DNA from: Mobula birostris
Taxonomy: Eukaryota
Length of the DNA stretch: 64,000 nt
Reading direction: 5' to 3'
Assembly: GCF_030028105.1 (NCBI RefSeq)
Contig: NC_092384.1
Span: 3,577,665 to 3,641,664 of the forward strand
Part shown: positions 38,330 to 48,469 of the stretch, piece by piece
How positions within the stretch are numbered: position 1 is the stretch's first letter
Layout of the letters: the number at the start of each line of letters is the position of its first letter
The notes under the pieces: model-generated
The model's database searches: none
The model's input: only the letters and a program-made list of their open reading frames with translations
What the model was told of the DNA's origin: nothing
Translations under genes and position numbers: made by a program

Positions 38330-38840
38330 GCGATTTATTTATTCAGAGGAGTTTCACAAGGACGATTCCAGGAATGAACGCTGTATCACACAAGGAAAGT
38401 TTAATGGCTCCGGATCTGCACTTGCTGGAATTCAAAAGGCTGAGGGGGATCTCATTGAAACCTTTCGAATGTTGAAAGGTCTAGACAGGGTAGATTTGGA
38501 AAGGATGTTGTCCATGGTCGGAGAATCTCGGACAAGATAGCAGAGCCTCAGGAAAGAGGGGCGCCCTTTCAAAGCAGAGATGCAGAGATTTTTTTTTAGC
38601 AAAAAGTTGTGAATTTGTGGAATTTGATGCCACATATCGCTGTGTAGGCCAATTCATTGGGTGTAATTAAGGCAGAGATAGATAGTCTCTGATTGAACAT
38701 AGCATTAAAGGTGACGAGAAGATGTCGGGAACTGGAGTTGAGGAGAAGAAAATAAAGTATTAGGCATGGTTGAATGGCAGAGCAAACTCGATGAGCCAGA
38801 TGGCTTAATTCTGCTCCTATGTATTATCGTCTTCTGGTCT
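38330..38840 (+). mobile_element. CR1 3' fragment
   Basis: GDLIETFRMLKGLDRVD-like translation and gtattatcgtcttctggtctta tail. Confidence 0.75.
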
Positions 38841-38989
38841 TATTAAGGAATTCCTTAACCTCCCCAAGATACTGCATTTGATATTTTAACTAATCAGACT
38901 GGTCCTGTGTGAATCATTTTACTTGAGGCCCGTCATTTTCTAATTGGGCATTCGTCCTAACAAAATAAAGTTTAGGACAGTAGCTAGTG

Positions 38990-39335
38990 CAGTGGTATGC
39001 GAAGGTTTCAGCACCCCGGCCAAAATTTCTGTTACTGCGTATAGTTAAGTGAGTAGAAGATGAACTGATCTGCAAAAGTAATAAAGTTAAATATGAAACA
39101 TTCTTTTCAATATGTTAAGCAAGTTAAGAGTATTATTTTTGTGTTGTACAATTTTAGGTTGAAAAAAGGAAAGGAGAACCATGCAAAATTTGGGCACCCC
39201 AAGAGATTTGAGCTTTCAGATTATTTTTACCAAGTTCTCACACCTTAATTAGCTTGTTAGGGCTATGGCCTGTTCACAATCATCATTGGGAAAGGCCAGG
39301 TGATGCAAATATTAAAACTTTATAAATACCTTGAC
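38990..39335 (+). mobile_element. One end of a Tc1/mariner IR/DR-type DNA transposon
   Basis: Starts CAGTGGTATGCGAAGGTTTCAGCACCCC (38990-39017) with an inner direct repeat CATGCAAAATTTGGGCACCCC (39180-39200); no transposase and no opposite end seen. Confidence 0.7.
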
Positions 39336-39354
39336 TACTCAAAACTTGCCCCAG

Positions 39355-42300
39355 CAATATCGGGATTGCTAACTGTGCCATGTGCTAGCGAGACCAAGAA
39401 TAGTAGGATCAGGCAGATGAATGCGTGGCTGAGAGACTGGTGCAGGGGGCAGGACTTCAGATTCTTGGATAATTGGGACCTCTTATGGGGGAAGTATGAC
39501 CTGTTCAAAGGACAGGTTACACCTGAACCCGAAGGGGACCAATATCCTGCCGGGTAAGTTTAACAGAGTTGTTAAGGAGGGTTTAAACTAATTTCGCAGG
39601 GGGATGGGAAACGGAATGACAGAGCGGAGGAAGGGGAAAACAGAAATAAATCTAAGATAACGAGCAGTAAATATGTCAGGAAAGACAGGCATGTGATGGG
39701 GCAAATTTGTAACCATTGGGATGAATTACAATGCAATAAAGTAGCAGTGAAATCAAAGCAAAAAATACCAAATACTGGTCTTAAGCTGTTATACTTAAAC
39801 AGACGCAGCATAAGGAATAAGGTGGATGATCTTGTTGTACAGCTACAGATTGGCAAGTAAGATACTGCGGCCATCAATGAGACGTGGCTAAAGGATGCAT
39901 GTCTCTGGCAACTGAACGTCCAAGGATACACGGTGTATTGGAAGGATAGGAAGGTAGGCAGAGGGGGAGGCGTGGCTTTTTTGGTAAAAATGATATTAAA
40001 TCATTAGAAACAGGTGATATAGGATCGGAAGGTGAAGAATCTTTATGTGTTGAGCTTAGAAGTCGCAGGGGTAAAAGGAACCTGATGGCAGTTATTTATA
40101 GGCCTCCAAACAGATGCAGTCATGTGGACTACAAATTACAACAGGAAATAGACAAGGCTTGTCAGAAGGGCGGTGTTATGATAATTGTGGAGAATTTTAA
40201 AATGTGAATGGATTCAGAAAATCAGGTCGCAATTGGATCTCAAGAGAGAATCTGGAGAATATCTGCGAGATGGCTTTTTAGAAGAGCTTGTTGTTGGCCC
40301 ACAAGGGGATCGGTTGTACTGGATTGGGTATTGTGTAATGAACCGGAGGTGATTAGACAGATGGAGGTGAAGGAACCCATAGGAGGCAGTGATCATAACA
40401 TGATTGAATTCACTGTGAAATTTGAAAAAGAGAAGCCGAAATCTGATGTGTCGGTATTTCAATGGAGTAAAGGAAATTACAGTGGCATGAGAGAGGTTCT
40501 GGCCAAAGTTGACTGGAAAGGGACACTAGCGGGAAAGACGGCATAGCAGCAGTGGCTGAAGTTTATGTGAGATGTAAGGAAGGTGCAAGACAGGTATATT
40601 CCAAAAAAGAATAAATTTTCGAATGGAAAAAGGATGCAGCCGTGGTTGACAAGAGAAGTCAAAGCCAAAGTTAAAACAAAGGAGAGGGCATACAAGGAAG
40701 CAAAAATTCGTGGGAAGACAGAGGATTGGGAAGTTTCTAAAACCTTACAAAAGGAAAGAAGAAGCATACAAATTAGCCAGAAAAAGTGGCTCGCCTGAGG
40801 ACTGGAAGAAATTCAGAGTTCAGCAGAGGAGGAAGGGGAAAACAGATTATGAGAGAGAACTGGCAGGGAACATAAAAACTGACTGTAAAAGCTTTCATAA
40901 ATATGTAAAAAGTAAAAGACTGGTAAAGACAAATGTAGGTCCCCTACAGACAGAAACAGGTGAATTGATTATGGGGAGCAAGGACATGGCAGATTAATTG
41001 AATAATTACTTTGGTTCTGTCTTCACTAAGGAGGACATAAATAATCTTCCAGAAATAGTAGGGGACAGATGGTCCAGTGAGATGGAGGAACTGAGCGAAA
41101 TACATGTTAGTAGGGAAGTGGTGTTAGGTAAATTGAAGGGATTAAAGGCAGATAAATCCCCAGGGCCAGATAGTCTGCATCCCAGAGTGCTTAAGGAAGT
41201 AGCCCAAAAAATAGTGGATGCATTAGTGATAATTTTTCAAAAGTCGTTAGATTCTGGACCAGTTCCTGAGGATTGGAGGGTGGCTAATGTAATCCGACTT
41301 TTTAAAAAAGGAGGGAGAGAGAAACCGGGGAATTATAGACCGGTTAGCCTAACGTCGGTGGTGGGGAAACTGCTGGAGTCAGTTATCAAAGATGCGATAA
41401 CAGCACATTTGGAAAGCGGTGAAATCATCGGACAAAGTCAGCATGGATTTGTGAAAGGAAAATTATGTCTGACGAATCTCATAGAATTTTTTGAGGATGT
41501 AACTAGTAGAGTGGATAGGGGAGAACCAGTGGATGTGGTATATTTGGATTTTCAAAAGGCATTTGACAAGGTCCCACACAGGAGATTAGTGTGCAAACTT
41601 AAAGCACACGATATTGGGGGTAAGGTATTGATGTGGATAGAGAATTGGTTAGCAGACAGGAATCAAAGAGTGGGAAAAAACGGGACCTTTTCAGAATGGC
41701 AGGCGGTGACTAGTGGGGTACCGCAAGGCTCAGTGCTGGGACCACAGTTGTTTACAATATATATTAATGACTTGGATGAGGGCATTAAATGCAGCATCTC
41801 CAAGTTTGCGGATGACACGAAGCTGGGTGGCAGTGTTAGCTGTGAGGAGGATACTAAGAGGATGCAGAGTGACTTCGATAGGTTGGGTGAGTGGACAAAT
41901 TTATGGCAGATGCAATTTAATGTGGATAAGTGTGAAGTTATCCTCTTTGGTGGCAAAAATAGGAAAACAGACTATTATCTGAATGGTGGCCGATTAGGAA
42001 AAGGGGAGGTGCAACGAGACCTGGGTGTCATTATACACCAGTCATTGAAAGTGGGCATGCAGGTACAGCAGGCGGTGAAAAAGGCGAATGGTATGCTGGC
42101 ATTTATAGCGAGAGGATTCGAGTACAGGAGCAGGGAGGTACTACTGCAGATGTACAAGGCCTTGGTGAGACCACACCTGGAGTATTGTATGTAGTCTTGG
42201 TCCCCTAATCTGAGGAAAGACATCCTTGCCATAGAGGGAGTACAAAGAAGGCTCACCAGATTGATTCCTGGGATGGCAGAACTTTCATATGAAGAAAGAC

Positions 42301-44638
42301 TGGATGAACTGGGCTTGCACTCGTTGGAATTTAGAAGATTGAGGGGGGATCTGATTGAAACGTATAAAATCCTAAAGGGATTGGACAGGCTAGATGCAGG
42401 AAGATTGTTCCCGATGTTGGGGAAGTCTAGTACGAGGGGTCACAGTTTGAGGATAAAGGGGAAGCCTTTTAGTACAGAGATTAGGAAAAACTTCTTCACA
42501 CAGAGAGTGGTGAATCTGTGGAATTCTCTGCCACAGGAAACAGTTGAGGTCAGTTCATTGGCTATATTTAAGAGCGAGTTAGATATGGCCCTTGTGGCTA
42601 CGGGGATCAGGGGGTATGGAGGGAAGGCTGGGGCAGGGTTCTGAGTTGGATGATCAGCCATGATCATAATAAATGGCGGTGCAGGCTCGAAGGGCCGAAT
42701 GGCCTACTTCTGCACCTATTTTCTATGTTTCTATGAAACTAAGGTCATTAAGAGTGAAAAGATTTAATAAGAAAGGAAGTTAGCAAATAATATCAAAAGA
42801 TACTAAAGGCTTTTTCAAGTATATAAAGAGCAAAAGATAGGTGAGAGTAGATGTAGGACCGATGGAAAATGATGCTGGAGAAATTGTAATCGGAGTTAAG
42901 GAGATGGCGGAGGAACTGAACGAGTATTTTGCATCAGTCTTCACTGAGGAAGACATCAGCACCATACTGGACACACAAGGGTCGCCGGGAAGAGAAGTGT
43001 GCGCAGTCACAATTACGACAGAGAAAGTACTCATGAAGCTGAATAGTCTAAAGCTAGATAAATTTTCCAGACAAGATGGAATGCACCCTCGTTTTCTTAA
43101 GGTAGTAGCTGTGGAGATTGCGGAGGCATTAGCGATGATCTTTCAATAGTCAATCGATTCTGGCATGGTTCCGGAGGACTGAAAGACTGCAAATATCACT
43201 CCGCTATTCAAGAAGCGGGTAAAGAAGCAAAATGGAAATTATAGACCTGTTCGCTTGACATCTGTGATTGGGAAGTTGTTGGAGTTGATTGTCAAGGATG
43301 AGGTTACAGAGGTACCTGGAGGCATATAACAAGAGAGGCAGAACTCAGCATGGATTCCTTAAAGGAAAAACTTGCCTGACAAACCTATTACAATTTTTTT
43401 GAGGAAATTTCCAGTAGGCTAGACAAGGGAGATGCAGTAGATGTTGTATATTTGGCTTTTCAGAAGGCCTTTGGCAAGGTGCCACACATGAGGCTACTTA
43501 ACAAGAAAAACGCGCATGGAATTACGGGAAATTTGCATACGTTGGATAGAGCGCTGGTTGATTAGCAGGAAACAGAGAGTGGGAATAAAGGGATCCTAAT
43601 CTGGTTGGCTGCCGGTTACCAGTGGTTTTCCACAGGGTTCCGAGTTGGGGCCGTTTCTTTTTACATTGTATATCAACGATTTGGATTATGGATTAAATGG
43701 TTTTCTGGCTAAGTTTGCTGACGATACAAAGATAGGTGGAGGGACCAGAACTGCCGAGGAAACGGAGAGTCTGCAGTGAGACTTGGATAGATTGGAAGAA
43801 TGGGCAAAGACGTGCTAAATGAAATACAGTGTTGGAAAGTGTATGGTTATGCACTTTGGCAGAAAAAAAAACGGGCAGACTATTAATTAAGTGGGGAAAG
43901 AATTTAACATTCTGAGATGCAACGGGACTTGGGAATCCTCGTACAGGATACCCTTAAGGGTAACCTCCAGGTTGAGTCAGTGGTGAAGAAGGCGAATGCA
44001 ATGTTGGCATTCATTTCCAGAGGAATAGAGTATAGGAGCAGGGATGTGATGCGAGGCTCTATAAGGCAGTGATGAGACCTCACTTTGAGCACTGTTGGCA
44101 GTTCTGGTCTCCTTATTTAAGATAGGATGTGCTGACGTTGGAGAGGGTACAGAGAAGATTCAGTAGAATAATTCCAGGCATGAGAGGGTTAACATATGAG
44201 GAATGTTTGTCTGCTCTTGGACTGTATTCCTTGGAGTTTAGAAGGATGAGGGGAGACCTCATTGAAGCATTTCGAATGTTGAAAGGCATGGCCAGAGTGG
44301 ATGTGGCAAAGATGTTTCCCATGATGAGGGAGTCTAGTACGAGAGGGCATGACTTAAGGATTGAAGGGCGCCCATTCAGAACAGAGATGCGAAGATTTTA
44401 TTTTAGTCAGAGAGTGGTGAATCTATGGAATTTGTTGCCATGTGCAACAGTGGAGGCCAAGGCATTGGGTGTATTTAAGGCAGAGATTGATAGGTATCTG
44501 AGTAGCCAGGGCATCAATGGTGAGAATGCAGGGGAATGGGACTCAATTGGAGAATGGGTCAGCTCATGATAAAATGGCGGAGCAGACTCGATGGGCCGTA
44601 TGGCCGACTTCTGCTCCTTTGTCTTTTGGTCTTTTGGA
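39355..44638 (+). mobile_element. Decayed CR1 family C (ORF1 esterase C-terminus plus ORF2), split by a nested CR1-A
   Basis: SRIRQMNAWLRDWCRGQDFRFLDNW (SGNH esterase end), APE remnants and RT remnants; tail gtcttttggtcttttgg; host broken at caaaaggaaa|...|aaactaaggtcattaag. Confidence 0.85.
40757..42735 (+). mobile_element. Young 5'-truncated CR1 family A nested in CR1-C
   Basis: 398-aa ORF 40998-42194 and ORF 42261-42644, nearly identical to 1261-3114; tail tttctatgtttctatg; short gaaa duplication or microhomology at the junctions. Confidence 0.93.
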
Positions 44639-44700
44639 CTTAATTAGTTTTCAAAAATAGTGGATCAGAAGCTCCTTATCTCTAATGATTGTTTCCATAG

Positions 44701-44868
44701 ATTATGCAAGGAACTGAAGATACACTTATGTATGCATGTGTGGATCTCGCCGCTTCTCAGAAAAACGCAAGAAGAGTGCAGAAGACTCATGAGACCGAGT
44801 ATGCCGGAATAAAGATAAAGGAAGAGGCGAGAAATATGGAAACGAAAACAGCAACATACAGCTATTGA
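44701..44868 (+). CDS. Exon 6: cytoplasmic tail with ITIM (LMYACV) and ITSM (TEYAGI), ending in TGA
   Basis: Acceptor gattgtttccatag, phase 0. Translates IMQGTEDTLMYACVDLAASQKNARRVQKTHETEYAGIKIKEEARNMETKTATYSY*; TGA is followed by TAA. Confidence 0.88.
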   Translation: MMQGTEDTLMYACVDLAASQKNARRVQKTHETEYAGIKIKEEARNMETKTATYSY

Positions 44869-45286
44869 TAATTGTATTACACGTTACTGGTTATCGTGGT
44901 GTCGAGGGGTTGTTACTGTTTCGTAACAACTGTGGAGTAAGCAAAGGATTTTAATGAGGAATCACCAATTCCAACAAAACAAAAAAGCTACGATTAATGG
45001 ACCACTGAATAGGAAATCGTGTTCAGCACAGCAAGTGTATAGAAACGAAATCCCTATCAGCAGCATTGTGCCCGCATCACATGACACTTTACAATATAAT
45101 CACCAGTTCAAATACATTTTAACCGTTGGTTGTAGCTGCCTCCATTACCTTCCGGGCAGCTCATTCCAAATAAACTACACCCTATGACTTACATACGCGC
45201 TCTTGTTTTAAATTCCGCCCTCTAATTTTGAACAGTTGTTCTCAAGTTCTAGAGTCCCCTGCCGTGGTAAAATTACACTGTGTATC

Positions 45287-46716
45287 TGTCACAACGGGAG
45301 CGTTGAAGGCAGACCCAAATGCCATACACAGACACTGAAGTAGTAGGAGCAGGACAGGACTAGAGACTAGACCTGTTAACGCAGCAAGAGACGGAACTGG
45401 ATGCAGACTAGGAGCTGAGACAAGAACACAAACTTTGGCTAGGCAAGCAAGACCAGGACTAGGAACTGGGAACTAGGAGCCTGGGCTTGTACTCCGAGGC
45501 AGAGACTGGACAAGGACCCAGAACCTGGGTCTTGTCTCGGGCTCGGACACCGGAACTAAGCGAAGACATGACTTGCCTACAGGACCGGACATGGCTTGGG
45601 ATCCTCGAGGATTGTGTTCTTCGTGGGTTGGGTTCCTCGAGGCGAGGACAGGACGAGATTGGGTTTGGACTCCGAGCGAGAGCCTGGACAAGGACACAGA
45701 ACCTGGGTCTTAACTCCGGCTCGGAATCCGAAACTATGCGAAGAACTGACATGGTCTTGTGAGACAGAACTAGGCGCGGCTACAGGACAGAACGAGAGAC
45801 CCCTGGGCAAGACAAGGGAAGTCCAATACAGGACGAGGGAACTCCAGCACTGCACGACACACACGGACGGGACGAGGCACATGGACAGGACGAGAACACG
45901 AAGCCTTGACTTGGTCGAGGAAGACAGGAACGCAGAGCCCTGGTTGAAGGGAGTCATAAAGGCAAAACACAGAGCCTTGGGCTTGGGAGACAGGAACGCA
46001 GAACCTTGTTCGAGGGAGGACAGGGATACAGAGCCTTGGACTTGAGAGGACAGGAACGCAGAGACATGGAACACAGAGCCGTGAGCCCTCCTTGGGAACA
46101 GGACCTGGGGCCGGGGCTCTACACAGAGTCAGGACCCTTCGTAGGAAGCAGGACGTAGCCAGGACTCGGATACAGAGCACAGAGAGGCAGTTACCAACGC
46201 AAGATAGCGGCAAACGGCCGAAAGTACCTATCGAAGGCGTGGACACAGAGGAGCAGTTCCAAACAATGACAGATAGTTTCTTATCCAGACACATAAAGGC
46301 TCCGGTCTTGCTCCGACTGTTGAACTTGACAGTGGTGCAGGCGAGGTTTCAGGCGAGACAATGGTTGCAGGCGAGGTGAGGCTTCAGCGGAGGCAAGGCT
46401 TCACGGCAGACAAGGCTTCAGGCGAGGCAAGGCAAAGCTATAGACATAGGTTGCAGGCAAGGCTTCAGACATTGGTTGTCGGGCAAGGCTTCAGGAGGAA
46501 GGGGCAGGGAAGGGATTCAGATAGTGCGTTTTGACGGGAACAATCCAGCAACTGAAGCTGAAAAAGGAGCTATTTATGTAGCCAGTCGAAAATGTGAATC
46601 AGCTGCCTCAATTAGACCACCCAACAGAAAAAAAGGGAAAACCAGAAAACCTGGAATAAGGGACGATGGACCAGACAGTGAACCGGAATCCGGAGTTCAC
46701 GTACAGGACCATGGCA
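45287..46716 (-). mobile_element. 1430-bp solo-LTR-like element (TG...CA) with internal short tandem repeats, inserted in an antisense CR1 remnant
   Basis: Termini TGTCA and TGGCA; flanks GTATC and CTATC (5-bp TSD, one mismatch); termini shared with 60806-62263. Confidence 0.75.
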
Positions 46717-46929
46717 CTATCTGCCTTACATGTGCCTCTTATACATAAATAAACTTCCACAAGGTCATCCTCAACAGCGCATTCCCAACCTATCCAATTG
46801 CTCCTTACAACTACATTTTAAGATTTCAGACAACATCTATGATTCTCTTCTGCTATCTCACCACCCTTCCACGTCATGCGGAGAACGGAAATCTTTAGAA
46901 TACATTAGTATATATTTTGCCCAGCCGCA

Positions 46930-47790
46930 AAATAACGTTGACACAAAGTCAGCCGGAGAGATAGGTAGTGTTGAGGAAGAAATACGATTGCAGCAGGACT
47001 GAGACAAATTGTGAGAATGGGCAAAACAGTACAGTATTTGGGAAATGTATGATAACGCATTTTGGTAAAAGGAACAATACTGCGGAAAATAATCTAAATA
47101 GAGAGACGGTTGAAACATCAGAGGTGCAAGGAGATTTCGGAATACTCGTTCAAGAATCCCAGGTGAGTCTGTAGTACAGAAGACAAATGTAATGTTGTCA
47201 TTTTTTTTCCAAATGGGTAGAATAAAACAACAAGGAGATAATACTGAGCCTTTATGAGACTAGTCAGATCCAACTTGGAAAATTATCAATAGTTTTGGTC
47301 CCAATATCTCCGAAAGCAAGTGCCGTAATTGGAGATAGTTTAGGGGGGTTCACGAGAATAAAGGGGTTGACATATCAGGAGCGTTTGGCAGCTTTGGGCC
47401 TGTACTCACTGGAATTTAGAAGAATGTGTGTTTGTGTGTGTGTTTGGGGTGGGGGGGGGGGGTAGATGGGTGATCTCATGTCAACCTACCGAATGCATGG
47501 TAATGTCAACAGGCTGTTTCCTATGGTGGGGTTACCCGGAACTAGAGGGCATAGACTCAAAGGTGAGGTGCGACCCTTTAGAACAGAGGTAAGGAGGATT
47601 TTTTTTTTTTCCCCAGAGAGTCAATATCTGTGGAATGCTGTGCCACAGACTGGGGTAAAGGCCAAGTTCCTGCAAACATTTAAGGCGGAAGTTTATGGTT
47701 TGCTGATCAGTCAGGGTAGCAATGGACATGAAGGAAGTGCAGATGGTTGGGGTTGAGTGTGATCCGGGATCAGCTATGCTGTAATGGGAG
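46930..47790 (+). mobile_element. Old CR1 RT/3' remnant containing a (GT)n/G-run
   Basis: Decayed gccggagagataggtagtgttgagg and ggaatgctgtgccacag motifs. Confidence 0.65.
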
Positions 47791-47809
47791 AACAGACTCG
47801 ATGGGCTTT

Positions 47810-48465
47810 AGAATCAGAATCAGAATCCTTTATTATCGCCAAGTATGTGGACACATACAGGGAGTTTGATATCGGTTTCCCCGAGCTCTCGCTGTACAGC
47901 ATCAAAAAGCAAACAAAACAATAGTGCAAATAATCGTGAACTATATACAATAAGGTATACCTGTGCATGTACAGTGGACATGGCTTATAATGGACCAAAA
48001 TTCAAGTGTTCATTAGACTGATGGCATAGGGAAAGAAACTGTTCTTGTACCTATTTGACCTGGCATACAGTGATCTAAGGCGCCTACAGAAGGAAGGAGT
48101 TGGGACAGGTGATGTCCAGGGTGTGATTGGTCTACAATGATGCTGCTTGCTCGCTTCCTGACTCTAGATGCTTATAAGTCCTGGATCGAGGCAGCTTCAC
48201 ACCAACAATTCTTTCCGCAGTCCTGACGGGTATTTAGAGTATATTCGTGTCCTGTGAGTTAGCTGATACAAACCAGACAGTGATGGACGAACAGAGAACA
48301 GACTGGATTATTCCTGAATAGAATTGAATCAGTAGCTCCTGAATCAGGTTGTACTTCCGGAGATGACGTAGGAAATACAACCTTTACTGAGCCTTTTTGA
48401 TAAGAGTGTCCGCGTTGGGTGTCCATTTCATGTGTTGGGCGATTTGTGGTCCAATTCTGCTCCCT
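47810..48465 (-). mobile_element. L2-like LINE 3' fragment with (ATTCTG)n tail
   Basis: tagaatcagaatcagaatcctttattatcgcc antisense tail. Confidence 0.65.
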
Positions 48466-48469
48466 TGTC

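Noticed and set aside
44909-44930. 8-bp stem hairpin (GTTGTTAC/GTAACAAC) in the receptor 3' UTR as a decay element
   Set aside because: The loop UGUUUC does not fit the Roquin CDE or ADE patterns I know; short stems arise by chance.
45459-46379. Cluster of overlapping 70-170 aa ORFs on both strands
   Set aside because: By-product of GC-rich tandem repeats inside the LTR-like element; no domain motifs.
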